Below are positions 40,801-49,832 of a stretch of DNA of 64,000 nt, piece by piece. A program made the position numbers and the translations under genes. Every line of letters starts with the position of its first letter. The stretch's first letter is position 1. The stretch is from contig JBHLMN010000004.1 of assembly GCA_048938105.1 (NCBI GenBank), positions 224,001-288,000 of the forward strand, read 5' to 3'. Source of the DNA: Promethearchaeota archaeon (lineage in GTDB: Archaea; Asgardarchaeota; Heimdallarchaeia; Hodarchaeales; Hodarchaeaceae). Below the pieces are notes generated by a model. It worked only from the letters and a program-made list of their open reading frames with translations, was not told the origin of the DNA and did not search any database.

Positions 40801-41449
40801 TGATAATTGGATCGGATTCTAATCGTGCACATTCTGAGGGGAACAAAGCATTTGTGGTATATAACATTGTATCCTTTGTAAATTTATATTTGTGTGAGTC
40901 GTTTACAAGGTCTTCGTGCAATTCTTGGGAAGGAATGACATTATAGCCTTTTAAAGTCTTTGATTGTTCATAAATGACTTTCAATGAAAATTTAACACCC
41001 ATTGGTACCTCAAAAAATCGAATTAAATGAGGAACAGCTGGTTTCCCTTGAGTTTCTAAATTACCACAATTTGGTATTGTAACTTGATGATAACTGTCTC
41101 CGTCATCCATTTCTCGTTTCATAACGTACATGCCAAAAAAATTAGTATCGATGCAGAATCCTGTTGAATCACGTGATTTGGGCAGAATAACACTATCTTT
41201 CGGATCTCCACTTATAAAAGGAACCCAATAATTTCCTGTAAAGGATTGAGAAACGCTATTAAGTGTTAGGCTAGTAGTATCTGGTATATCCACTAGATTT
41301 GTTTCGGTGGGAATGTCATACATGTTTAAAACAAAGATCCCTACAATTATTAAAACAAGAATAATTGATTTTTTCATAGTTTTGACCTTCATCTTTAGGT
41401 TAATATTTATCCTGATGATACCAAATTCTTCGATTAAAAAGCTATCCAA
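37874..41449 (-). CDS. C25 (gingipain-like) cysteine peptidase with propeptide, Ig-like domains and C-terminal anchor; real start probably 41392 or 41377
   Basis: GKPAVP propeptide, FVLLVGDSDFIP, TDLYY, DIYYGRL, His (YHRDHAG) and Cys (LSIECQSCWFD) dyad, LIGDPEM. Confidence 0.9.
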   Translation of the reverse strand: MDSFLIEEFGIIRININLKMKVKTMKKSIILVLIIVGIFVLNMYDIPTETNLVDIPDTTSLTLNSVSQSFTGNYWVPFISGDPKDSVILPKSRDSTGFCIDTNFFGMYVMKREMDDGDSYHQVTIPNCGNLETQGKPAVPHLIRFFEVPMGVKFSLKVIYEQSKTLKGYNVIPSQELHEDLVNDSHKYKFTKDTMLYTTNALFPSECARLESDPIIIRGHRLLPITFYPIQFNPVTKEVRTYSKIEVRVNYNSPAQIKEIPDRLLSPAFEEMLDMMIPNYQYRFDLPLEYPIEYPGQERTGCDYLIIAYDTFTEEIQLLANWKQEKGYLTRIVKTSEIKPPSVNPTVTDIANYIKNAYETWTPAPSFVLLVGDSDFIPTHYKTPHLSLGHGGYKTPTDLYYFTVDGEDYFPDIYYGRLAVNSEDELKTVASKIVRYETDPPTDPNFYRNVLATAQFQDDDLDDYEDRRFTLTSEEVRDYLQNDYTVTRVYTAAAAADPRNYSVDYDAGLPIPADLLRTNGFAWNGDDNDITNALQNGCFFVYHRDHAGSRNFWNHEFSSWWCNTDHWGDPFFGNAQITALTNGELLPVVLSIECQSCWFDSEVDQFHDGNLTRNFESICELFVNQPNGGAVAAIGATRNSNSGYNDQLVRGMVDAIWPDFDPAFNVGEIYHLGHMLNYGKFYMTNVYGYDKPKTKQTFEMFHLIGDPEMEMWTDVPAELMVEFPEAIGSGSYQEFIIKVSDLIGGNPIDHARVCLDGGSLHQVKYTNPAGEVIFNVLPSTTPVKLTVTKHNFIPFQDDITVTSLGASLDITPSDGPAGITATLSGTSFGSSETVSIYFGDNVVSTTTTTDAAGVFTISPYTVPSGSIGFLNVVAKGSTSGRTAVTLYRRLPNQPLPDPHLYCQWADDTWYLNPGSENPRWNNPVIQLIDTATSDLVASSDLIVGHTYTVKATIFNDEPAIATDTEVTFEWAFWGAGQKTWYKFGDDKVTVPARVGSINGEVTAEALWTPAITGHICLMISVYHPWDLDFDNNNGQENTHVHPVSSPATATFTLSNPSDQAALIYLEARQIGSANLWPVEIQRDYPQVQTPGENKTIKITVNTPEDVQEGEKRIYVIDAYIDGILIGGVEIEFVKSRFIPTSSSNPTSTKPSTSNLTSSESSETSTTTTITPFSIPLALLPTVLLYYWKKRK

Positions 41450-41595
41450 ATGGATGAGTAAGCAAAAATTACCTTTTACATTATGAGGTCGATAGTGAAC
41501 TTATGATAATAAAAAGAGATAAATCTGTTGGTCAAATAGTTTAATATAATTTGAAAGCTACAAAGAATCTTTGTTTTATCAATCTCTTTGAGAAT

Positions 41596-42102
41596 TTATT
41601 CTTTGATATTAAATTTAATTACACTTTTTATTAGTTCAAAAGCTGATTTTTTCTTGGGTGATTGAGAATATGAGAATACCTTTTCACCTAGTTTGCCTCC
41701 GATATATCCAAAACAGGCAGTAATAATGCCGATTATGACGCCAAATACAAAAATTAGTATTGTTTTGAAGGAAATTAACTGTGTAACATTTTCGAGTCCT
41801 TCTGTCATGAATAGAATGACATATCCACTGAGAATAATAATTGGAAATCCAATAACACCACTGAGAAAAGTGCTTTGATACCCGTCAGTTGAGTTTCGTG
41901 TTATAATTCCCCCAATTAACCCAGTGATACCAAAGAAAAGCCAGAATATGTATATCAACATTAATAATTCTCGACCTGTATTAATTTCATAGAGTTTTAA
42001 TCCCCAATACATTAAAATAAAGGTGATAAATCCCACTTGAGGCAGAATGAAAGCAATGATGTCAGGTAAATACATAACAATTGTGTGTTTTTCTTGAATC
42101 AT
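41596..42102 (-). CDS. Small polytopic membrane protein (DUF5518-like)
   Basis: 4 TM segments with GxxGG motifs. Confidence 0.65.
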   Translation of the reverse strand: MIQEKHTIVMYLPDIIAFILPQVGFITFILMYWGLKLYEINTGRELLMLIYIFWLFFGITGLIGGIITRNSTDGYQSTFLSGVIGFPIIILSGYVILFMTEGLENVTQLISFKTILIFVFGVIIGIITACFGYIGGKLGEKVFSYSQSPKKKSAFELIKSVIKFNIKE

Positions 42103-42195
42103 TTAGTAATGTCTCCATAGTTCACAAATACTCACGATTTTGAACCTTTTCGATTTCTACTTGAACCTCATCCTAGTAAATGTCTTTTTCTTCTT

Positions 42196-43185
42196 TTATT
42201 GAAGGGAGACTTGTTGAAAAAGGAGTTTTCTTGGTAGTGGTTGCCATAATGTTAGAGGAATGGATTCCCATTTTCCTGTTGAGCTTTCACTTAACGGACT
42301 GTCCAGTCCAGTTAAAACTGATTGATATTTCATTATTAATCCCTTGGCTAGGTATGAAAATGAATTTGCTACAAGGAAAATCCTTTTAAGATTTGGAAAA
42401 TCCTCAAATTTGATGTTGAAAACCCTTTCCGCTAGATTTTCTAAGTTATCTATGTCCAAATCTTTTTCTGAACAATATATCCATGTTTCTGTTCCTGATG
42501 CCTCAACTATTTTGATATCGTACTTTCTGGATGTTGATTGAGGTGGAAGTTTTATTTTACTATTTTCCGATAGGTATGAAGAACAGAATACTGCAAATCG
42601 TAATTCAAAAGCACGAGGATTAGGTTCGAGTTTCAGTAGCGCGGAGTAGAAAAAAGGGATAATTGCTGGATCCTCTTGTGCTAATTGCAGTAATAATTCA
42701 CTTATCTCTTTATTTTTGTAATAATCTTTTATTTTTTTGATCTCGAAGTCAAGAGCAAATTCAAGAATAAGAGGAACAGTTAACCCATCAACATCGCACA
42801 GTTCACTTATTTGCGACTGTTCATAAACACTCAAAGTTGTAGTTTGTTTAGTAGATCTTCGCAATAGTCTTTTCTTTGTCTTCCTTTTTTTTTCCGCTCT
42901 CATAAGTCTTTGATAAAGGTTTTCTGTCTTTAGATGGTTACCCGGAACTGATTTCTTAGCAATAATGGTCTTATCAACTTCTTCTTTAATTAATGGTCTT
43001 TTACAAATATTGCATGAATGAGCTACATTACCTCTTTGATTATAGCTTTGAGCTACCCCAATGTCACATAAAAAAACCTTCTTACAGCTTATACAGAACC
43101 AAATCAAATCATTAACATCAAATTCTTGTGTCCTCCCTTTTTCATGATAGCACTTTGTACATAAGGCTTGACATTGTACCTTCAT
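42196..43185 (-). CDS. N-terminal Cys/His-rich Zn-binding protein with C-terminal alpha/beta (restriction-endonuclease-like?) domain
   Basis: CxxxCxxC...CxxC...C...HxCxxC; KYDIKI...WIYC...IFLVANSFS. Confidence 0.65.
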   Translation of the reverse strand: MKVQCQALCTKCYHEKGRTQEFDVNDLIWFCISCKKVFLCDIGVAQSYNQRGNVAHSCNICKRPLIKEEVDKTIIAKKSVPGNHLKTENLYQRLMRAEKKRKTKKRLLRRSTKQTTTLSVYEQSQISELCDVDGLTVPLILEFALDFEIKKIKDYYKNKEISELLLQLAQEDPAIIPFFYSALLKLEPNPRAFELRFAVFCSSYLSENSKIKLPPQSTSRKYDIKIVEASGTETWIYCSEKDLDIDNLENLAERVFNIKFEDFPNLKRIFLVANSFSYLAKGLIMKYQSVLTGLDSPLSESSTGKWESIPLTLWQPLPRKLLFQQVSLQ

Positions 43186-43305
43186 TCGTTCTTAGCTCCG
43201 AAAATACTCATTAGCAAAGAATCAATCATATAATATCAATGTTCGGAATTACTGATCTTAATTAATCTATTTCGTCTAGTTATTTTTCAAAATTTGAATC
43301 TGGAG

Positions 43306-44253
43306 TTAATATATAATATTTTGAGCAAATTCTTGATTCAAAAAATCTACAATCAGATTTTTTGGAAAACGGAGCTTTCCTTCTTTTCGGAATATTGAAA
43401 TGCTTTTAGAAAAAGTTGTTTCTACGTAAGTTAGGAATGATTCTGCAATTATTCTTGTTGTTATGGGATCGGACTCTTTATCAGTTACTACAGCACACAT
43501 TACACCTTCTCGTTTTACGGTTAAAATTCGGCCTTTTTCAGTAGAAATTGTATTTAATCCCTCACTAGGACCGATTACACCGCTTGCAAATTGATCGAGA
43601 GCGTATAAAAAACCAGGAACTATATTTTCATCGAAATCTTCGGTTGTCCTTGTAAATCGATGGGAAGCAATTGGGATTCCAGTTGGAAGGTATAAATAAA
43701 TACCGATTAATTTTACTTTTTTCTGTTTAAGAATTGGAATGATTTTCTGAGAGAACCAACCGATAGCCTCGTCCAGATATGTCCCTTCTTTCATTGAGAC
43801 TTCAAAAATCCGGAAAGATCGTTCGGGGTTTTTTTGGGTAACTTGATCCAGTTTTATTTTGTTAATCAGTTCATTTAATTCAATATGAGCTAAATCTGCC
43901 TTATTTGCTAGTATTAATAAAGGAGCTGTGTGATTCCATTCAAGACTTTTCCAAAACCATTCAACCACTTGATCAAATCTCTTAGTATCACTTGAGTCAA
44001 TAACAAAGATGATTCCTTGAGACAATTGAACATACGTTTTCCAAAACATTTCTCGAAACGAAATATGCCCTCCTAAATCGAAGAGTTGGAAGAGACTTCC
44101 TTTGATCACGACTGATTCTATATCTAGTCCCTGAGTTGGTGTTATCGTAGGAATAAACTCTCCTGTTTGTAATCGTTTTGCTAGTGTCGTTTTTCCAGCA
44201 TTTTCTAGCCCTACAATAGCAATGGGAATCCTTTTATCAGATTGGCCTTCCAA
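43306..44253 (-). CDS. Arf/Sar1-family small GTPase fused to a C-terminal longin-like domain
   Basis: GLENAGKTT, PTQG, FDLGGH, NKAD; C-terminal IYLY..TGIPI...IVPGFLYALDQFA. Confidence 0.88.
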   Translation of the reverse strand: MEGQSDKRIPIAIVGLENAGKTTLAKRLQTGEFIPTITPTQGLDIESVVIKGSLFQLFDLGGHISFREMFWKTYVQLSQGIIFVIDSSDTKRFDQVVEWFWKSLEWNHTAPLLILANKADLAHIELNELINKIKLDQVTQKNPERSFRIFEVSMKEGTYLDEAIGWFSQKIIPILKQKKVKLIGIYLYLPTGIPIASHRFTRTTEDFDENIVPGFLYALDQFASGVIGPSEGLNTISTEKGRILTVKREGVMCAVVTDKESDPITTRIIAESFLTYVETTFSKSISIFRKEGKLRFPKNLIVDFLNQEFAQNIIY

Positions 44254-44409
44254 GTTCTTCTCTTCTCCTTTAGAGGAGTTATTTAAAGATCGTTTAAAAA
44301 TTTCTTTAACTTATCTTGTGTTTCACTCGATAAATACGACTCAAGCATTAAAAACAATTCTAGGGAAAATATCCTTCATTGTTATCCTTGAAAAAACCCC
44401 CAACACAAT

Positions 44410-45111
44410 TTATTTTCCTATAGGACATACTTTAATGCAAATACCACAGATTGAAACACCAATGAATTCCATTTCACTGATTTTTTCTAACCTAGTCTGA
44501 CATTTCACCGCATCAAGTATATTTTCTCTTTTTACTGGATAACCTTTGAAATCAAAGGATTTTAGCGCTTTAATTGGACATGCCTCTATACATTTTGAAC
44601 AAATTCCACAATTGAAGTTTTCTAATGGTTTTCCAGGACTCAATGGGATATCTGTTAGAACTGTGGCTAACCGTACTCGTGGGCCGTAATTTGGTGTTAT
44701 CAAAAGGAGGTTTTTTCCAATCCATCCTAGGCCAGCACTTCTAGCAAATGCTTTGTGAGGTGCATTGGAAGAGAGTTTGTTGTCACCCAAACTTAAAGAT
44801 GCAGGGATGGCAAGAGCAGAATACCCGCGTTGGATTATTTTTTCGGAAAGTCGTAAGGTTATTTGATCTAAGAGTAAGTTTGAAGTTCTATAATGGTGAG
44901 CATAGATTTCGCCTGGGTTTTCAACTGTTATTAGATTGAAGACACTTTTGGGTAATGAAACAGCAATTGAAATGGCATATTTGTAGGATTCAAACAGATT
45001 GGGTGGGTGAGTTGAGAGTGTTTTTACTTCATTTAAATCTGCCACCCCTACTAATGTAGCTCCAACTCTGAATGCTAAATCCATTAGCTCACTTGTGTAA
45101 TCATCGGTCAT
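44410..45111 (-). CDS. QueG/reductive-dehalogenase-like 4Fe-4S protein
   Basis: HK..A..AGLGWIGKN.LLITP.YGPRVRL; CxxCxxCxxxCP and C...CxxCxxxCP. Confidence 0.88.
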   Translation of the reverse strand: MTDDYTSELMDLAFRVGATLVGVADLNEVKTLSTHPPNLFESYKYAISIAVSLPKSVFNLITVENPGEIYAHHYRTSNLLLDQITLRLSEKIIQRGYSALAIPASLSLGDNKLSSNAPHKAFARSAGLGWIGKNLLLITPNYGPRVRLATVLTDIPLSPGKPLENFNCGICSKCIEACPIKALKSFDFKGYPVKRENILDAVKCQTRLEKISEMEFIGVSICGICIKVCPIGK

Positions 45112-45307
45112 ATCTAGCCTAGCTCCAGTATTATAATATCATAGGATCTTATTTATTAAGAAATAAAAGCTTCTTTATAGGAAATTGAAGTTTCTTTAGT
45201 GGGGTAATTAGATATACCTTTTATGAGTAGCTTATTCTAGTACTGAACTGGCTTCATACATAAAATCCAATGTGATATCTTTCTATTTATAGAACAATAT
45301 GATTCGA

Positions 45308-46996
45308 TTATTTCCATTTACTTTTTTTCTGAATAAATAGCCTAACTCCCAGTCCTAGTAAGAAAATAATGGTTGTGGCTGCTGGTACAGAGTTCGTGGT
45401 ATTGACTGAGCTTGATGTTGAGGTGATTGTTGAATTTGATGTAGTTGTAGAGGTTGTTGTTGGTGGAAGGACATCAACATAAGCAAGAACTGTATCTACT
45501 GTTGTATGCCCACCCTCATCAGCAACCACTAGACTAAAATTATGTACTCCCTTTTCTAGTGAATTAACATTAAAATTCAAAGTAGTTGGTCGCCAAAACT
45601 TATCAAATACATGATTACCTGTAGCAGTCAGATTCCCATTATGGAAGAAAGTATAAGAACCATTCATTTTCAGTTTTGTACGAAAATTATACCATGTTTG
45701 CCAAGATAGAATAATAGAGTCTCCTGTTTGTAAGAATCTATCTTGGGGAGAGCTTAAAATTGGACTTAATCGGAATCGTTCGGCTTGATAGATGCCTAAA
45801 GATCCCCCCTTATAGTACATTTCCCATACAATATTCCCAACTTCGTCTACTTCAACAAGTCTTGGGCCTATGGTTGTTGCGTCATGGGTTTTACTACCAA
45901 AAGTTCCAAATCGGTTTCCATTAGGTAACCTATCTGCATCTCCCCAATATTCTGTATAATATTCATCTGATCCTGTCCACAGCCATGATATCCATGCTTT
46001 CATGGTCATTTCATCGATTGTTATTTCCAAAATGCGAGAACGATGATTGTCACTATCTGATTTGTTTCTATAATCATTATCAAACAAGATGAAGGTGTTG
46101 TCATTCACTTTTTCCACAGCATGAGCATGATAAAAAAGATTTTGCTGTTTATTACCCCAATGATCAAAAAGAGTAAAATCTCCATGCTCTCCCAATCCCC
46201 AGAGCACTTCTCCTGTAGCGTGATCGATTTTATAGAATGTATTTATATTTCTACAATTCAGATAAATTATATCTTCTTCTATATCCCAAAAAGCAGTGTT
46301 TGAATGTGTGATATCCCTATTTGGCCCGGTGAATTCTCCTGACCACCAGTCTAATGGTATAAAAGTACTTGTATTTAAACGCCAAATTTCTTCCCCTGCC
46401 ATATTTCTTTCACAAAGGGCATCATACCGATAAGTATCGATGGTTGTTTTTTCTAGATCAAAATAATCAATGTAGTATGAAGACAAAGTCATAAAAGTAT
46501 TAGAAAATGGATTATAGGAGATATCATGAAGGCTATTAGAAGGAATTGAAACAATTTTGTCAGTCTCAATATTCCATAAATAAATAGGTTGCGAGCTTAA
46601 TAACAGGAATGTAGTAGAGTTAATTAGGTGTCCAAACCCATAATTTGCCCCACTCGGAAATTCATTGACAATATTTCCATCCATATCAGTTATTAGGAAA
46701 CTATATTCTTGATTCACAAAATCCCGTAATTGAAAGATATTATAGCCGTCAAATGCAGCCCCGGAGAGATTAACATAAGACCTATTTTCACCGAGGTTCA
46801 ATTTTAATTCTCTTTTTAAAATAGGATCTTGTGAGGTTCCAGATTGGATTTTAATCTGACTAGCATTTACCAATGAAATTACAGATTGACTGTAGGGGAA
46901 AATCAAAACGATTATGAATACAATACAAAAAAAAGACCTAAGAAAGCCTTGAATTGTTGAAAATCTCATTGTCATGAAAATACTTCCGTTATTCAC
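45308..46996 (-). CDS. Aryl-sulfate sulfotransferase (ASST)-like beta-propeller protein, surface anchored
   Basis: DITHSN, LNCRN, FYHAH, LFDND, WGDADRLPNGN; Thr-rich linker + TM. Confidence 0.85.
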   Translation of the reverse strand: MNNGSIFMTMRFSTIQGFLRSFFCIVFIIVLIFPYSQSVISLVNASQIKIQSGTSQDPILKRELKLNLGENRSYVNLSGAAFDGYNIFQLRDFVNQEYSFLITDMDGNIVNEFPSGANYGFGHLINSTTFLLLSSQPIYLWNIETDKIVSIPSNSLHDISYNPFSNTFMTLSSYYIDYFDLEKTTIDTYRYDALCERNMAGEEIWRLNTSTFIPLDWWSGEFTGPNRDITHSNTAFWDIEEDIIYLNCRNINTFYKIDHATGEVLWGLGEHGDFTLFDHWGNKQQNLFYHAHAVEKVNDNTFILFDNDYRNKSDSDNHRSRILEITIDEMTMKAWISWLWTGSDEYYTEYWGDADRLPNGNRFGTFGSKTHDATTIGPRLVEVDEVGNIVWEMYYKGGSLGIYQAERFRLSPILSSPQDRFLQTGDSIILSWQTWYNFRTKLKMNGSYTFFHNGNLTATGNHVFDKFWRPTTLNFNVNSLEKGVHNFSLVVADEGGHTTVDTVLAYVDVLPPTTTSTTTSNSTITSTSSSVNTTNSVPAATTIIFLLGLGVRLFIQKKSKWK

Positions 46997-47071
46997 TGTG
47001 ATTTAATTGAACAAAAGGCAACATAAATAAGTATTATAAGACTTATTTACTTTTTTGGATTTACAGAACCT

Positions 47072-47806
47072 TCATTTATCCTTTTCAATGAACTTTTTTT
47101 CTACTACAAGTATAATTAATATTAAACTCAGTAATATTGAACCGAAGATAGTATTTGATTGTAATTGATTATTAATAGATTTTTCAGTAGATTCGGCCTC
47201 GAATATTTCTTCATAATAGGTTTCATTTGTCTCATAAGATCTAGATCGTATATAAAAAGATGTCAACCAACCAGTTTTCCAGTTCCATTTATAACTGGTA
47301 GTTAACTCATAAGGGTACGCTTGGCCTCCATCAAAATAAACATCATATGTTCTGGAGGCTTGAATTAATAGATCACCTTGAATTGAAAATGATTGGTCAT
47401 TTTTATAATAATTTTCCCAGTAAGATCTGTTATTAACAGTTTTAATGATAATAATATCTGAAATTGGTTGTTCTTCAAGAGTTATATTTGAGTCAAAAGT
47501 CATAGTGCCAAATATTGGACCTGTGGTTGGTTTAGAAGTAATAGTATATGTAATTTTAGTTCCTTTTTCAACTGTGACTGAAACTAATTCCCCATTAACA
47601 TCAATTCCAGATACACTGAATTCATATGGGTTTGTTCGTGTTATATCATAAAAATTTTTGTAGATATAGGTAATAGCATCACCTGAGCTTACTTTCCATT
47701 CTATATTATGAGTGTTCAAAGCACCATTAGTAGCTAATATTCCATTAAAAAAGATCAGGATCAATGTAAGCAAACCAGAAATTAATGATTTTGTTTTTCT
47801 TTTCAT
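47072..47806 (-). CDS. Secreted/membrane-anchored hypothetical protein
   Basis: Signal peptide, W.V..GD.I.Y and WNWKTGWL motifs, C-terminal TM. Confidence 0.7.
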   Translation of the reverse strand: MKRKTKSLISGLLTLILIFFNGILATNGALNTHNIEWKVSSGDAITYIYKNFYDITRTNPYEFSVSGIDVNGELVSVTVEKGTKITYTITSKPTTGPIFGTMTFDSNITLEEQPISDIIIIKTVNNRSYWENYYKNDQSFSIQGDLLIQASRTYDVYFDGGQAYPYELTTSYKWNWKTGWLTSFYIRSRSYETNETYYEEIFEAESTEKSINNQLQSNTIFGSILLSLILIILVVEKKFIEKDK

Positions 47807-48060
47807 AACAAACGACTTATTCCAATGTTTTTTATTTAAAAGTAGCTAATAGTGCATATGATAATTAAGAAACTCACCTTTTAATCAATGTTCTACACTT
47901 AATTTATAGTAAAATATTAACCATGAATTCAAATACTTCTAACAGGGAGATTACTGTGGATTCATGAACGGTAGTGGATCTAAAAAGAGTAATCGAGGTA
48001 GTAATAACGAAAATTTGCACTCCAATTGTTCTGCAAGCCCAACAACATAGTTTAACAAAC

Positions 48061-48177
48061 TTACACGAGATAAGATCCCATGAACTCTGCATAATTAGGG
48101 TCGGAATACATCCGCAGTTTATGTTCCCAGATTTCTCTTTGTCTTTCCAAAATTGATAAGAACTCTTTTTTTTTCAT
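48061..48177 (-). CDS. Possible small ORF or frameshifted remnant (MKKKEFLSILERQREIWEHKLRMYSDPNYAEFMGSYLV*)
   Basis: ATG with purine-rich upstream sequence; a shifted frame continues VSLLNYVVGLAEQLECKF. Confidence 0.3.
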   Translation of the reverse strand: MKKKEFLSILERQREIWEHKLRMYSDPNYAEFMGSYLV

Positions 48178-48314
48178 TATATTATCTCTCAACAATAAGA
48201 AAAACCGTCTTAAGGAACGAATACTTGGTTCTCACAGGTTTTTACCAAATCAATTCCTAAATAAAGTCACACTAGGCAAACGAATTTAACTAAAATACAT
48301 TATGCACTTGAAAG

Positions 48315-49094
48315 GTGGTTGTATCCATGGGTAAATGGAAAGAATTGGATGATACGTTGAATAAGTATCTTAAGTTAAGTACATTTCCAATTGCAGTGAA
48401 ATTATTACAAGATGATACTGAGTTGAATGAAATTAGCCCTCTAAAAAGACCAGATAAAAAATTAGCACTTTGTCAAATATTTAGTTACTCTAGATGTTAT
48501 GGATGGACAATGGGATTAACAAAAGAAGATAATATATGTCCACTTGCGGAGATAGCGATGGGATTCGAACAACCATACAAATGGTATCTAGAGGGAGAAT
48601 TTTTTCTTCACAGGTATAATAAAACTCCTGAAGGTGCGAAAAAAACATCAGAACTGATACCCCTAATTCCATTTGGTAATTTCTCTGCCATTGTTTCGGG
48701 TGCTTTGTTTAGAATTGATTATGATCCAGATTTTATTTTGATCTATGGGAACTCAGCTCAAATAATGAGGATAATTCAAAGTGCCTTATGGAGAGAGGGA
48801 GGTAGAATGACAATATCAACTTTTGGGGATGCTGTTTGTGCAGATACAATCTCAAAGGCATTTCTTACAGGTGAAGTGCAAGTCGCAATCCCTTGCTTAG
48901 GAGATAGACGTTTTGGCCTAGCAAAAGACACTGATTTAGTTGCTTCAATACCTTTAGGAATGATTGATATGGTACTAGAAGGTTTAGAAGGAACCCACAA
49001 GGCTGGTTCAAGAATTCCTATTCCCAATGAGCTTTGTACGCCTGAATTCTTTGTAAAAATACATGATTACATCGAAGAAGCTAAAAAAGCGTGA
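48315..49094 (+). CDS. DUF169 family protein
   Basis: PIAVK, LCQ, CP.A..AMG, PD.ILIYGNSAQIMR, C.D, PCLGDRRFG. Confidence 0.88.
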   Translation: MVVSMGKWKELDDTLNKYLKLSTFPIAVKLLQDDTELNEISPLKRPDKKLALCQIFSYSRCYGWTMGLTKEDNICPLAEIAMGFEQPYKWYLEGEFFLHRYNKTPEGAKKTSELIPLIPFGNFSAIVSGALFRIDYDPDFILIYGNSAQIMRIIQSALWREGGRMTISTFGDAVCADTISKAFLTGEVQVAIPCLGDRRFGLAKDTDLVASIPLGMIDMVLEGLEGTHKAGSRIPIPNELCTPEFFVKIHDYIEEAKKA

Positions 49095-49135
49095 AATGGC
49101 TAGTAGTTAATGATTTATTGAATAAGACCTGAAGA

Positions 49136-49657
49136 TCAAGTAAAATTCCAGAGGAGATCAGATGGGATTAATTCAGGTTCAGCTCTTTTCATCTCATAAC
49201 CATACTCGTATGAACTAAGGCACATTAATGTTCGAGACCGCGCCACACCGGGTAGATTAACAATTTTCAGGATGATAAGTTCTAGAGAATCAAGGTTACG
49301 GGTTTTAACCTTAATGATAACATCAGAATCACCCGTAATATGATGCATTTCAACGATCTCTAGCTCCTGTATACGAAGTAATAAATGCTGTTCTGTGAGA
49401 GACCAGGTTTGCCTAGCACGGTCTAGAGCAACAAGAATATAAGCAGTTATTTCCTTACCAAGCTTCTTTTCATTAGTGATGATTGTATAACCTAAAATGA
49501 TCCCCTTTTCCTGAAGAGTATTGATTCGGTTTTGAACAGTTTGAGGAGAAATTTCAAGTTTTTCAGCTATTTCTCGTCGTGTCATTCGGGAATTCTTCTT
49601 CATTAGTGCTATAATTTTGCGATCAACAGAATCAATATCTTCTTTGTTAGCTATCAA
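49136..49657 (-). CDS. Lrp/AsnC family regulator
   Basis: IDSVDRKIIALMKKNSR...IAEKLEIS; ITGDSDVIIKV. Confidence 0.93.
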   Translation of the reverse strand: MIANKEDIDSVDRKIIALMKKNSRMTRREIAEKLEISPQTVQNRINTLQEKGIILGYTIITNEKKLGKEITAYILVALDRARQTWSLTEQHLLLRIQELEIVEMHHITGDSDVIIKVKTRNLDSLELIILKIVNLPGVARSRTLMCLSSYEYGYEMKRAEPELIPSDLLWNFT

Positions 49658-49832
49658 AAAGATTCCTCCATTTAATTATTTTGTCAATTCTTCTATATAT
49701 AGTTTTATATTTCTGTCTATAAAATCATTAAGTCGCGAACCTTTTGTCCATCGGTTATTATATTAGAATGATGTTTTGCTATTTATCTGGATATAACTAA
49801 TATGTATCTATTTCAAGTGAAGGTGGTTTTAA

